Shown here: one piece after another, positions 16,587 through 26,804 of the stretch
Position numbering within the stretch: position 1 is the stretch's first letter
How the letters are laid out: each line of letters begins with the position of its first letter
From: Bdellovibrionales bacterium
GTDB lineage: Bacteria; Bdellovibrionota; Bdellovibrionia; Bdellovibrionales; UBA1609
DNA length: 64,000 nt
Reading direction: 5' to 3'
NCBI GenBank assembly: GCA_041690295.1
Contig: JAWLHR010000005.1
Coordinates: 32,001-96,000 of the forward strand
The notes under the pieces: generated by a model
Told to the model about the DNA's origin: nothing
Database searches by the model: none
The model's input: the letters and a program-made list of their open reading frames with translations, nothing else
Made by a program: the position numbers and the translations under genes

Positions 16587-18998
16587 GTGAACATTCTATC
16601 CGATGGTGGTTGTTGTCTTATGTGGATGAATTGGTCGCGGGCCTTCCTGATCTCCGCCGCAACTCTCATTTCATGTGACCTGCTTTTACGACTGTTTGAT
16701 TTGGAGGTGCAAATCAGCGTTTTGATGATCCTCCTGCTGGCTGGTGCCGCCCTTTTAGACCTTTTCAATAACTGGGTGAGAACGATTGGCTTTGCGATAC
16801 TGGCTTTGACCGGATTCGCGGGCGCTTTTTTTCTGATTAACTTCCTGTTTCCTGTTTTGGGGCGGATGGTGCCTTTCATTGGCGACCCCTCGGCGCTGCA
16901 ATTAAATCCGGTGGACGCCACGATGGTTGTGTTCCTCGCCTCGGCGTTGATCGCGAATCGCTTACGGTCGGGATTACCTAAGGATGTACCTACGTCGTAT
17001 TACCTCGTGGTCCCCGCATTGCTTGCCTGCTTGCTGGCCGCCCTTGCTGGGATTTTTAATATCAGCGATCAGTCGGACATCGGGCCTTATGTTAACTCCG
17101 GTTGGCTTAATATTTTTACGGCCGCGGCGCTCAGTGGTCATATCCTTTTCGAACCACCGCTTCAGCGTCCGATGAGTGTTTTCGCCTCCACCTATGCCAC
17201 CGTGAGCTTGTCTCGTTACTTTACGCTCCTTTCGGCGATCATTCTTCTCGGCTTCGGATACATTTTTCTTAGAGCCTTTGAGTTGGGCTATATGGAACTG
17301 CGTTCCGCGGTGGTGGGATTTCTTTTTATTTCGGTTTCCCTGATCGGCGCCATGATGGCTCGTGGGGCTTGTTGGGCGCATAACTTGAACGTGGCTCGCG
17401 ATTTGGCGGTCCGCCGTCTAGAGGAAGCTTGGAAAGGCCGCGAAAGTTATTTCCGCAGCCTCATTGAGGATTCGCCGATCATTATTTACCTCACGGATAA
17501 AAACGTTTACTCCACATTCTTGAACCGGCATTGGGCTGAATACACGGGACAGTCGATTCCTCAGGCTCTAGGGCTTGGGTGGATCGATTGTGTTCATCCG
17601 ATGGATCGGGAGCGCGTACGAAAGAATACCACGGAATCAATCCTCAGGCGTATCGAGCCGTTTTCAGGGGAATATCGTTTGCGGCGTGCGGACGGCCAGT
17701 ACCGGTGGGTGATCGCCACTGGAATCCCGCGTTTTGATGATAAGAACCGCTTCATTGGTTATATGGGCCACATCATCGATGTGCACGACCACAAGGTGAA
17801 GCAAGATCTTTTGATTAAGGACAAGAAGAACGCCGAGCTTTCCAGTCAAATTAAATCGCAGTTCCTCGCCAACATGTCTCACGAGATCAGAACTCCTCTT
17901 AATGCGATTCTCGGTTTCGCGGATCTTTGTACGGACGTGAGCTGCGGCGATTCGGAAAGACAAGAATATCTGAAACGAATCCGTTATAATGGCGACCATC
18001 TCTTGCGTTTGATTGATGATATCCTGGATCTTTCGAAGCTGGAGTCGGGCTCGGCGGTCGTGCAAAAGACGCAGTTTTCAATCGCCCGGGTCATGGAAGA
18101 AGCCATCAGTTCGTTACGGGCTTTGGCTTCACGCAAAGGTTTGTACTTGAAGTTAAATGTGGAACCTAGCATTCCGCCCGTGGTTTATTCCGACCCCCAC
18201 CGAATCAAGCAAATTGTGAATAACCTTGTGGGTAACGCGATTAAGTTCACCTCGGTCGGTGGAGTCCGCGTGACGGTCAGTTCCTGCTCCAGTCACGTGT
18301 TCATTGAAATCACCGATACCGGGATCGGGCTGACCTCGGAACAGCGGGCGAATTTGTTCAAGCCGTTCTCTCAAGGCGATGGGTCTGTCACCAGAAAGTT
18401 CGGTGGTACGGGATTGGGCCTTCACCTCTCGAAAAAGGTCGCGCAATCGATCGGCGGGGATGTGGAATTGAAATCCAGTGAAATCGGTGTGGGAAGCACC
18501 TTCATATTTACAATCGATGCCGGAAATATTCAGGAACGCGCGCCGGTGATGACTCAATTGATGAGCCGCGCTTCTGTCCCGCGCGCGGCCGCGCGCCCCC
18601 GCAGTGAGGCTCGATTCTTAGGAAAGAAAATTCTCCTGGCCGAAGATTCGGTCGATAGCAAGGAGTTGATCGACATTTACTTCCGTTCCACCGGCGCGCA
18701 GTTGATTTTCGCTGAAAACGGCGAGGAAGCGGTGGCGCTGGCGTTGAGGGAAAATCCTGATTTGATCCTGATGGACGTGCAGATGCCGGAAATGGACGGT
18801 CTGGAAGCCACTCGACAACTTCGCTCGCGCGGCTTTGACCGTCCGATCGTGGCGTTGACAGCCCATGCTCTGCAAGATGAAGTGGACCGTTCGTTTGAGG
18901 CTGGCTGTAATTTTCATCTGACCAAACCAGTCATGAAAGACATATTGCTATCGCTTGTCGCCGATTTGTTAAGTCACAAGCCGGCGATGCATGTTTAA
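16587..18998 (+). CDS. hybrid sensor histidine kinase (multi-TM, PAS, HisKA, HATPase, REC)
   Basis: W...VHPMD PAS; FLANMSHEIRTPLN; NLVGNAIKF; DTGIG; GGTGLGL; LMDVQMPEMDG. Start may be 16620 or 16626. Confidence 0.95.
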   Translation: MNILSDGGCCLMWMNWSRAFLISAATLISCDLLLRLFDLEVQISVLMILLLAGAALLDLFNNWVRTIGFAILALTGFAGAFFLINFLFPVLGRMVPFIGDPSALQLNPVDATMVVFLASALIANRLRSGLPKDVPTSYYLVVPALLACLLAALAGIFNISDQSDIGPYVNSGWLNIFTAAALSGHILFEPPLQRPMSVFASTYATVSLSRYFTLLSAIILLGFGYIFLRAFELGYMELRSAVVGFLFISVSLIGAMMARGACWAHNLNVARDLAVRRLEEAWKGRESYFRSLIEDSPIIIYLTDKNVYSTFLNRHWAEYTGQSIPQALGLGWIDCVHPMDRERVRKNTTESILRRIEPFSGEYRLRRADGQYRWVIATGIPRFDDKNRFIGYMGHIIDVHDHKVKQDLLIKDKKNAELSSQIKSQFLANMSHEIRTPLNAILGFADLCTDVSCGDSERQEYLKRIRYNGDHLLRLIDDILDLSKLESGSAVVQKTQFSIARVMEEAISSLRALASRKGLYLKLNVEPSIPPVVYSDPHRIKQIVNNLVGNAIKFTSVGGVRVTVSSCSSHVFIEITDTGIGLTSEQRANLFKPFSQGDGSVTRKFGGTGLGLHLSKKVAQSIGGDVELKSSEIGVGSTFIFTIDAGNIQERAPVMTQLMSRASVPRAAARPRSEARFLGKKILLAEDSVDSKELIDIYFRSTGAQLIFAENGEEAVALALRENPDLILMDVQMPEMDGLEATRQLRSRGFDRPIVALTAHALQDEVDRSFEAGCNFHLTKPVMKDILLSLVADLLSHKPAMHV

Positions 18999-19045
18999 TT
19001 AGAATCGCGCTGGACAGCACCGGGTACGAAACATATCTTGGCATC

Positions 19046-19669
19046 ATGAATCGGACGTGGACCGTATCCCTGATTTTATTGATTAACGTGGTGGTATTCA
19101 TCGCGTGGTTGACCCCTTCGATCGAACATTTCCGATTCATGGAACGCAATTTCACCGTTAGCTGGATTGGTTTGGCCGATGGACGATATTGGACCATTTT
19201 GACTTCGGTGTTTTCTCACAACATGCTTCTCCACCTATTAGTGAACATGTTTGTTCTGCAAAGCTTTGGATCGATTCTGGAGCGATACCTGGGCGCATGG
19301 ACTTTTCTCAAATTTTATTTGTTGGCGGGGATCGTGGGATCAACAACTCACGCTTTGCTATCGAATTTCTACCTGGGATTGCCGGAGCAGGCGGCGCTTG
19401 GAGCTTCGGGCGCCATCGCGGGATTGGTGCTTCTGTTTTCAATGTTGTTCCCACGGGAGAAAATTCTTTTATTCGCCATCATTCCAATGCCGGCGATCGT
19501 CGGGGCCATATTATTCATTGGGCTTGATATCTGGGGCTTAACCGCGCAAGCGAAAGGTGGCGGGCTTCCCATTGGACACGGCGCTCACTTGGGTGGCGCC
19601 GCCTGCGGTATTATTTATTATTTTCGTGCTCTTCGCGGCCGCCGTCGTCACGCCCGCGTTTATTATTGA
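19046..19669 (+). CDS. rhomboid intramembrane serine protease
   Basis: FSH..LLHLLVNM, LGASGA, GHGAHLGG. Confidence 0.93.
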   Translation: MNRTWTVSLILLINVVVFIAWLTPSIEHFRFMERNFTVSWIGLADGRYWTILTSVFSHNMLLHLLVNMFVLQSFGSILERYLGAWTFLKFYLLAGIVGSTTHALLSNFYLGLPEQAALGASGAIAGLVLLFSMLFPREKILLFAIIPMPAIVGAILFIGLDIWGLTAQAKGGGLPIGHGAHLGGAACGIIYYFRALRGRRRHARVYY

Positions 19670-19673
19670 ATAC

Positions 19674-19979
19674 CTACAGGAAGCGGATCATTTCACAGGT
19701 CACGGTGGCCTTTTTATCGAGCAGGTTCCGCTTCATTTCGTCCGTCAGGTACTGATTTTCGTTGTAGTTGTACCAAGGCAGATCTTTCGCCGTAAGGCAT
19801 TCCTCATCCGTTGACATAAAGGCGGCCAGCGTGGGTTTTTCGGAAAGCCAGGAGCAGAGAACGTAGGCATAGGAATCGGGCGCACAGGGCACGTAGCGGC
19901 ATTCACAAAGGCCACCCGCATAAATAGAACTTGAGAAAAAAACTAAGGCCAAGCTTGGCAGAAATTTTAAGATTTTCAC
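19674..19979 (-). CDS. small secreted Cys-rich hypothetical protein
   Basis: Signal peptide, six Cys, GGGGG RBS, GTG start. Confidence 0.65.
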   Translation of the reverse strand: MKILKFLPSLALVFFSSSIYAGGLCECRYVPCAPDSYAYVLCSWLSEKPTLAAFMSTDEECLTAKDLPWYNYNENQYLTDEMKRNLLDKKATVTCEMIRFL

Positions 19980-20128
19980 TGAATCCCCCGTGTGATCGGT
20001 GACTTGGCTTTAATCCAGAACCCCATGCCTGTCCAGATATGAGGTCAAAAATGTAAAATTACCCGATCCAATTTGCGGCGAACCAGCCAAGTGCTATAAC
20101 CGACATGGTTCATTTTCCGGGGGGAATC

Positions 20129-21376
20129 ATGAAACAAATACGCGTGTTTCTGGCCGGCTTGCTTGCCGGTTGGGCCTTTTCCGCTGCGTCCGCGGAGTAT
20201 TCTTGGGAAGTGGTGCCGATCGTACCTGAATGTGAGTCGGGTGTTTTTTGCGAACGAGAGGAAGTGCCCCTTCAGTTGGAAAAAGCCGGAATTGTCAAAA
20301 GAATCGAAAACATGATCGATCGGGCGGTTGAAAACAACGGCCAAATCAGTCTCGCCTTCATGTCGTTCACTGAACCCGCGCTTTATGAGGCGCTCTGCCG
20401 GGCGGGCCGTAAAGGTATTGCCATTGAAGGCTTTTTTCACGGCAAAGCCGGTCCACCGAAAGGTTTGGCTTACCGCTTGGAAACCAATTGCCAAGGTGGC
20501 CCCCGGCGGAAGAACGTGAAAATGCATTATATGGGGATGCCGGTCTCAGGCAAATCCGGTTGGCGCCTTCATCACAACAAATACTTTTTGGTTGAAACGG
20601 AAAAAGAAGTGGAAATCGGCTTTGGAAGCGCGAATCTTTCCACTCAGGGACTTTCGGTCAATTTTGAAAATTGGAATTTCGTGAGTGGACCGAAAACGAC
20701 GCCTTTTATTCAAGACTATTTGTGTAATGTGCAAGCCATGCGCAAGGCCCGTAAAGCCGGTCGGGCTGAGGATGATCCAAAGGTCTTTCGCAAAACTCTT
20801 GATAGCTGTCTGACAACCGCCGAGCTGACTCCCGAAGCCGTTGACCGGGTTTTGGAAGAAGAAGGGCTTGTGGCGCTTTTCGCGCCGGATGCCAAGGACC
20901 GCAATTTTACCGTGCTCGCGGATCAAATCCGCCGGGTGCGCGATGGCGGAAGAATCCGTATGGCGGTTTACTTTTTCATGCATAAACCGATCATCGACGA
21001 ACTGATCGCGGCCAGAAAACGCGGGGTTCAGGTGGAACTTCTCGTGGACGACGATATCTACAGCGGCGGTTCCATCCCCACCCAAAAACGAATTTGGGAC
21101 GCTCACCTTAAGCCGGAAAAATCAGGCTTTAAAGTGCGCGCCTTTGATACCAACGAAGCGCTTTTTCAACTTCAGCACAATAAATACGTGATCTTCGAGG
21201 ATGTGGATTATCCGGGTCGCGTGAGGGTTTTCGGTGGAGCCGGACAATTCACGGTCTCCGCGTTCAAGGTGAATTATGAAAATTTCTTCTTGGCGGAAAA
21301 TCCCGTGATCGTTGAGCCTTATCAGGAACTTTTCGATCGGCTTTGGTCGATGGCTTCGGACGTATCCAGCCACTAA
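20129..21376 (+). CDS. secreted phospholipase D/nuclease superfamily protein
   Basis: Signal peptide; two HxK motifs (HNKYFLVE..GSANL..NFEN and HNKYVIFE..GAGQF..NYEN). Confidence 0.85.
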   Translation: MKQIRVFLAGLLAGWAFSAASAEYSWEVVPIVPECESGVFCEREEVPLQLEKAGIVKRIENMIDRAVENNGQISLAFMSFTEPALYEALCRAGRKGIAIEGFFHGKAGPPKGLAYRLETNCQGGPRRKNVKMHYMGMPVSGKSGWRLHHNKYFLVETEKEVEIGFGSANLSTQGLSVNFENWNFVSGPKTTPFIQDYLCNVQAMRKARKAGRAEDDPKVFRKTLDSCLTTAELTPEAVDRVLEEEGLVALFAPDAKDRNFTVLADQIRRVRDGGRIRMAVYFFMHKPIIDELIAARKRGVQVELLVDDDIYSGGSIPTQKRIWDAHLKPEKSGFKVRAFDTNEALFQLQHNKYVIFEDVDYPGRVRVFGGAGQFTVSAFKVNYENFFLAENPVIVEPYQELFDRLWSMASDVSSH

Positions 21377-21389
21377 CGAGGGGGATGTT

Positions 21390-22061
21390 GTGAAATTCGG
21401 TCGCTGGCTTTTTATTCCATTGGTGATCCTTGTGTTGGTCGCGGTGGCGGCATTTTTGGGGTCCGAATCAAGCGAAAAAAGCGGACACAAGATTTCAACC
21501 TCGCCTCAACCGGGATCTGAAGAACACCAAGTGGACCCATCTTCATCGAGCGACGATCGTGTGGAAACCGCCGGAACGGTTCAGGATGAACAAAAATTGG
21601 TGGATCCCGAGTTTCAGGCGTGGATCGTGAACGAAGCTAAGAGCATTGATGCCGTGAATGTCGATAGCGCCAAAAAGGAGCGGGAACTTCAGGCGAAAAT
21701 CGCCAGTCTGACTCCGCGTCAGGCGGATTTGCTTCTCCAGATCGCGCGTAATCCTCAGGCGCCCGCTCGCGAAAAAATTCTTTCAACATATATGCTCATC
21801 GGGGCGGGCGAACTCGCGCAAAGACAGCTCGCGGAACTCGCGGCCACGCCGTTGGAGGATTTCGGTCCCAGAGAACCTCATAGTGAAGCGGAGATGAAGG
21901 GCGTTCGCGATAAGTCGTTAAGGATCATGGCCATCGACGGACTCTTCGCGCGAGCCAAAATCGATCCGAAGGCACGAACGGAATTGGCGCGAGCCATCGC
22001 GCGAATTTCAGATCCGTTCCTGAAAAAATACGCTGAGGATAAACTTCGGCAACTGAATTAA
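21390..22061 (+). CDS. hypothetical membrane-anchored helical protein
   Basis: GAGGGGG RBS, GTG start, N-terminal TM, low-complexity linker, helical C-domain. Confidence 0.7.
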   Translation: MKFGRWLFIPLVILVLVAVAAFLGSESSEKSGHKISTSPQPGSEEHQVDPSSSSDDRVETAGTVQDEQKLVDPEFQAWIVNEAKSIDAVNVDSAKKERELQAKIASLTPRQADLLLQIARNPQAPAREKILSTYMLIGAGELAQRQLAELAATPLEDFGPREPHSEAEMKGVRDKSLRIMAIDGLFARAKIDPKARTELARAIARISDPFLKKYAEDKLRQLN

Positions 22062-22065
22062 CCGT

Positions 22066-22542
22066 CTACAACTTGCCCCACACAAAAATCTGCAGCCGGG
22101 GAAGCTCGCCGGTGATTTTGACCGGACGGAGTGAGATCTCTTGTCCGGGGAAAAAGCTGAGTCCCGGACCTTGGCAGCTGTAAGTGAAATCCCACCAACC
22201 CAGCACTTCATTTTGGTTGGTGATGAGAACGGAATAGAGATTATAGGGAAGGCTGACTCCATCAAACGCGGGATCGAAACGAAACGTCACCGTTAATTGT
22301 CCCTGATTGATTTCGGCCCAGACCTGGACGTTGGTCAGGAAAGCTTCGGGGCCATGCCGGCTGGACAAGTTGCGGACCAATTCATCGGAATGCAACGAGG
22401 TGGGCTGCCAAAGAATCTGCGCGGAAGTGTGGTCGGGCAAACACGAACGATCCGCGGCGTGAAGGCTCTGGGAAGATAATAATGCGACCAATGTCGCGAT
22501 CAAGATACCCACCATGGTCTGAAGATCGGGTCTTTTAGCCAA
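22066..22542 (-). CDS. hypothetical secreted protein
   Basis: Signal-like N-terminus and beta-rich body with a Cys pair. Confidence 0.7.
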   Translation of the reverse strand: MAKRPDLQTMVGILIATLVALLSSQSLHAADRSCLPDHTSAQILWQPTSLHSDELVRNLSSRHGPEAFLTNVQVWAEINQGQLTVTFRFDPAFDGVSLPYNLYSVLITNQNEVLGWWDFTYSCQGPGLSFFPGQEISLRPVKITGELPRLQIFVWGKL

Positions 22543-22567
22543 AGCCTTAAGTCCGGTTTTGCGGAAT

Positions 22568-22594
22568 CAAAGAGTTAATCAAATCCGCCGAATA
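22568..22594 (+). promoter_or_regulatory. possible sigma28-type promoter
   Basis: CAAAGAGT-N11-GCCGAATA upstream of the FHA gene. Confidence 0.4.
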
Positions 22595-22604
22595 ACTCTA
22601 TGGG

Positions 22605-23513
22605 ATGAGTGCGCCAAAAATACTCCTTTATTTACACCATGTTGAGCTGGGCCAGCGATATCCGGTTTCGGAATCTGAAGTCATCATTGGTCGTAGCTCG
22701 GGCGACATTCTTTTCTCCAAAGATGAACGGCTCTCCGCCAAGCATTGTCGGATCGCTTATGACACCGAGACCAGTCAATTGATGATCCAGGATCTTGGTT
22801 CCTCGAATGGAACACTGGTTGACGGCAGAATCCTTTCGCCGCAGAAAAAGTACCCCATCCGCGACGGAACAATGATTTCCGTCGGCAACCAGGTCTTCCG
22901 CTGCGTCGAGCTCTCCAAACCGCGCGTCATCGAAATGATGAGGCAGCAGAAAAAGAAAAAGAGGAAGAAGCGGCGAAAGTCGGCTTTTCCGGATCTCACG
23001 CCGATTTTCTTTTTGATGATGGTCGCCGCCGCCGGCTGGCTCATCATGCAAGTCAAACCGGTGGCCTGGTTTGGACTTATCGAGCGGGTGAAGCCAGCCG
23101 TTCAATCGCTTTCGCTGACACCCTTAAAATCGCCGTTCGAGATGGTTTATAAAGAGGTTCAAGAAGCCAATGCCGAATACACCCGGGTGGGGAGTGACTT
23201 TCAATCCGGCAAGCTGAACGACAAGCAATTGTCAGAGGAAATCAGGAACAACCTCATCCCCAGATTCACCGCCGTGCAAACCAAGCTGAAAGTTCTTCGG
23301 CCCGGTAGCGAGCTGGAGCGACGAAGGATTGAAGCCAACTTAAAACTTGTGACTCTTTTACTGGCTCAAGTCAAAGCCATGGCGGGCTTCGCGGATACGA
23401 AGAATCCCAAGTATTCGAAGGAATTGGACGAGATCAGCAAACAATTGGAAGCGGCGAGCGCGGAAGCGCGCCGGTTGAACGAACGTCAACCGGCGGCCTC
23501 GGGTGCCAATTAG
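22605..23513 (+). CDS. FHA-domain membrane protein
   Basis: IGRS, LSAKH, DLGSSNGT; basic patch, TM helix, helical C-terminal region. Confidence 0.88.
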   Translation: MSAPKILLYLHHVELGQRYPVSESEVIIGRSSGDILFSKDERLSAKHCRIAYDTETSQLMIQDLGSSNGTLVDGRILSPQKKYPIRDGTMISVGNQVFRCVELSKPRVIEMMRQQKKKKRKKRRKSAFPDLTPIFFLMMVAAAGWLIMQVKPVAWFGLIERVKPAVQSLSLTPLKSPFEMVYKEVQEANAEYTRVGSDFQSGKLNDKQLSEEIRNNLIPRFTAVQTKLKVLRPGSELERRRIEANLKLVTLLLAQVKAMAGFADTKNPKYSKELDEISKQLEAASAEARRLNERQPAASGAN

Positions 23514-24937
23514 AACAAGAGAGCGGAATGATCTCCGTCAAAGAACTCGACCATCTGATAAGGCGCGATCTCGTAAACCCGGCCATCCAGGCTGGTTTGC
23601 AGCGGTGTCGACGTCGAGCCCTGGATCTTGAATAACCGACCATCCGCGGTTAAGCCCACGACGGTGTCTCCCAGTTTGTGGATCCGCTTGTAGTTCTGAT
23701 CGAAGCTCACATTGCTGGGTCTCAGGAACGGACGCGTTCCCGTGCAGCCCAACTCATAAATGCGGCCCGATTGCATGACCAAGTGAATGGTTTTGGACCC
23801 CCGGTCATAACCGTTCGGATAAATCAGACTCGCGGCGATTTGTCCGCCATGATCCATTTCTGTTGTGGCGTCGGAGCGAGGATCGCAGCCGATGCGAGTG
23901 CTGCGCTTAAGGACCCGCGCCGACCACTGGGTGCCGAGATGAACATCAACCCACTCGGCTCTTTGTTGAGGCGTGGATGAATTGTATTCCGTGGAGATAT
24001 CGCCGGCTGTTTGCTGGATATCGCCTTCGTTGCGGGCGAAAACGTACTTCGATTTCAGCGTGCGATCTTCCGGATACAAAATCATATGGGATCCGCGCAT
24101 GACGATGCGGCCGAGAGCGGGCGTATTGCCGAGCTGTTCGGTTTCGATTCCGTTTTTCAAAGTGAGTGTGTGGAACTCACCTTGAGTTGTGAGCAACAAA
24201 AGTTGCGGTGTGCGGTGAATTTGCACGGGCGTATCGAAAGCTTCGTCGGCGTAAACAACCGCGTTCGCTCGTGAGTAGGCTTTCAATGCCGGATGAATAC
24301 CCTCGGCGTAGCGGGAAAGCTGGGCATAAGTTTCAACCGTCACCGCGTAGGATCCACCATCGGAAATCCGGTTGTCGCAAGCGCCCGATAATCCGGCGCG
24401 GGGACCGCGGCGGCAGGTGACGTGGGGAAATCCGTCGATGTGACGGGCTTCGTGCATCATCACGCTGGCGCGATCAAGCGCGGTGAAATCGTCCGAAAGC
24501 AGCATGGGGCAAACGTACATCGTCGTACCCCAGAAATAAACGTAAGCGCCGACACCTTTCGGGCAAGTGGCGGGAATCTGGAATTCATCGATTCGACCGA
24601 TGAAGTATTGATACCAGTCCGAAGCGAACCGGCCCGAGAAAAGTTCGTCCGCGCTTTCCGGCATGGGATTCGCGAACTGCGTTTTACGCATGAACATGAT
24701 TCCCGCGATCAAATGCGATTCGTGAGAACCATCAAAGCAGTACTCGCCTTTATTGGCTAGTTCTTGAAACTGCCTGAAATGCGTGGCGATGGTTTGCATT
24801 TCCGCCTGACTGACGCAGTTTTCGGTCACGCCAGGCTCGAAACCGGATGAAACCGGCATGAAATCGGCCAAAGCTCCTTGGCTCACAACGGCTGCCGCCA
24901 CAAAGGCGGCTGAACGCAATATTTGCTTGAAATTCAT
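23510..24937 (-). CDS. secreted putative zinc metallopeptidase with beta-rich C-domain
   Basis: Signal peptide MNFKQ...; MMHEARHIDGFPH (HExxH plus a third His); Cys-rich. Confidence 0.65.
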   Translation of the reverse strand: MNFKQILRSAAFVAAAVVSQGALADFMPVSSGFEPGVTENCVSQAEMQTIATHFRQFQELANKGEYCFDGSHESHLIAGIMFMRKTQFANPMPESADELFSGRFASDWYQYFIGRIDEFQIPATCPKGVGAYVYFWGTTMYVCPMLLSDDFTALDRASVMMHEARHIDGFPHVTCRRGPRAGLSGACDNRISDGGSYAVTVETYAQLSRYAEGIHPALKAYSRANAVVYADEAFDTPVQIHRTPQLLLLTTQGEFHTLTLKNGIETEQLGNTPALGRIVMRGSHMILYPEDRTLKSKYVFARNEGDIQQTAGDISTEYNSSTPQQRAEWVDVHLGTQWSARVLKRSTRIGCDPRSDATTEMDHGGQIAASLIYPNGYDRGSKTIHLVMQSGRIYELGCTGTRPFLRPSNVSFDQNYKRIHKLGDTVVGLTADGRLFKIQGSTSTPLQTSLDGRVYEIAPYQMVEFFDGDHSALLF

Positions 24938-25134
24938 ATGTGTCCCCCTCCATAGACCCCTAGAAAATAAAATCGCACCACGGCCTTTCCCCCGAATCCA
25001 CAAAAATCTTCTTAACTTTCCTTAAATTTTGTCTTTTTTGTGTTGGTGAGTGACCTTCATGATTCTAAATTAGCGACTTGGCAGGCACGTTGCCCGCTCG
25101 GTACTTACTAAATCCATCTGATTACTGAGGAAAT

Positions 25135-26010
25135 ATGAAGAAGCGGACTCTTTTTCTTGTTCTCGTCCTTGGCTTTCCGATTCTTTTGGGGGCTTCTGGC
25201 TTTAGCTCGAAATGCGAGAAATTTAAGAATTGGCCCGGTGGATATTGCATCCATACCCCCAATGCCCAACCTTCAGGTGATATTGTTTATCACTTACACG
25301 GCCGGGGGAACAATGAGTTCACTTGGGCCGACGATTGGTATTACACGGCTCAGATCCGTCGGGAGTGGGAAAAAACAGGTCTCAATCAACCGATCGTCAT
25401 TTCTGTCTCCTTTGGACCGACCTGGCTTTTGGCGGAGAAAAACTCAAGTCCGCAAAGTGGCCTTTTTGAAGTCTTCGTGAACAAAGTGATCCCTCAAATC
25501 GAGAGTCAAATCGGATCATTTAAACGCCGGATTGTGTTTGGTGAATCCATGGGCGGATTTAATTCCATTCAGTTGGCGTTAAAAACGAACTTATTCAACA
25601 AAGCGGCGATCCTCTGCTCGCCCATGATGGAAGTTTCGCTCTTCGCCCCACAGGAAGAGATACACGATCACGTCAAGAAGTCGTCGGCCTGGCACTACTA
25701 CAAGGATTTTGATCCTGAGGCTGTTTTCCGCCATGTGGATATTCTTGTGAAAGTGGCGAAAGCGTTCTATCCCACCGAGGAAAACTGGAAAACCGGCGAC
25801 CCTCTCCAACTCGCCCGCGATCGCAAAGCGCAATCGGCTCCGCAATTCTATACCGCGGTCGGTTTCCACGATCCTTACGCCGCCTACGAAGGAAACGAAA
25901 AATTCGCCGAAATCTTGAAGGCCAACGGAATTGAAGTCGAATGGCGTCCCCAATGGGGCGGCCACTGCGCCATCGACATTCCCTCGCTCGCTCGTTTCTT
26001 AGTTGAGTAG
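25135..26010 (+). CDS. secreted alpha/beta hydrolase (esterase family)
   Basis: LHGRG, GESMGG nucleophile elbow, VG..D, GGH. Confidence 0.88.
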   Translation: MKKRTLFLVLVLGFPILLGASGFSSKCEKFKNWPGGYCIHTPNAQPSGDIVYHLHGRGNNEFTWADDWYYTAQIRREWEKTGLNQPIVISVSFGPTWLLAEKNSSPQSGLFEVFVNKVIPQIESQIGSFKRRIVFGESMGGFNSIQLALKTNLFNKAAILCSPMMEVSLFAPQEEIHDHVKKSSAWHYYKDFDPEAVFRHVDILVKVAKAFYPTEENWKTGDPLQLARDRKAQSAPQFYTAVGFHDPYAAYEGNEKFAEILKANGIEVEWRPQWGGHCAIDIPSLARFLVE

Positions 26011-26091
26011 TCCAGTTGCTGCCAGTTCGAAGGAGCCTCGAATAAGGACGGATGTGATGTCTGTTAGAAAGAAATTTTTAGAGGAGGAAAA

Positions 26092-26796
26092 ATGGCCGCG
26101 CGAGACTTTCGCTTTCAGCTGTTCGTCATTGCGCTCTACAGTATCCTGAGTTGGGGAATCCCGGCCAATGCGGCGGCGGCGAAGGAGAGCGCTGAAGCGA
26201 CGGCGACTCCGGTCGCAATCGCGAGCGGCACCGCACCGGCAACCGCATTGCCTCGGTGTATAGACGGTCCTCATGACATTCAGAAAGTGGTCACATCGGT
26301 TAAAAACAACAGGAAGAACGACGCCAAATACAACGGGTATCGGGAGGTGCTTCGAGACGCCTCGGATAAGGAATTGATCGCGAGGCTGGCCTACGCGGAA
26401 ACCGTAGGAGCGAATTGTCCGGAGCTGAACACCAAGATCGCTCCGAGGATTGTCGCAGTTATAGCGAATCGGGTTCGAATCCGAAAGGGTGACGCGAAAA
26501 GCGTGGTATTCGAGCGTGATCAGTTTTCATCGAGTTTGAATGTTTATAAAGAATCGCGATACAGGGATTTTCTTTGTCCGAAAGACGCTGAGCTATGGGA
26601 ACTTATCATGAATGTGGTGGATGCCGAGTTGAATCAGCCGACTCATCTCGTCTCGTCCACGACCGTCAATTACTTCCTTTACAAGCATAGCCCCCGATGG
26701 ACGAGGGCGCCGTGGAGTCACAAGGAAGACACCACCAACACCACTCCGGAAATCCGAACGTGCATGAGAACGTTCAGAGTTCCCGGATGGAAGTAA
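26092..26796 (+). CDS. SleB/Hydrolase_2-like cell wall hydrolase
   Basis: LIARLAYAE, VIANRV, VV...QFS; signal peptide. Confidence 0.75.
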   Translation: MAARDFRFQLFVIALYSILSWGIPANAAAAKESAEATATPVAIASGTAPATALPRCIDGPHDIQKVVTSVKNNRKNDAKYNGYREVLRDASDKELIARLAYAETVGANCPELNTKIAPRIVAVIANRVRIRKGDAKSVVFERDQFSSSLNVYKESRYRDFLCPKDAELWELIMNVVDAELNQPTHLVSSTTVNYFLYKHSPRWTRAPWSHKEDTTNTTPEIRTCMRTFRVPGWK

Positions 26797-26804
26797 AGGC
26801 GAAT

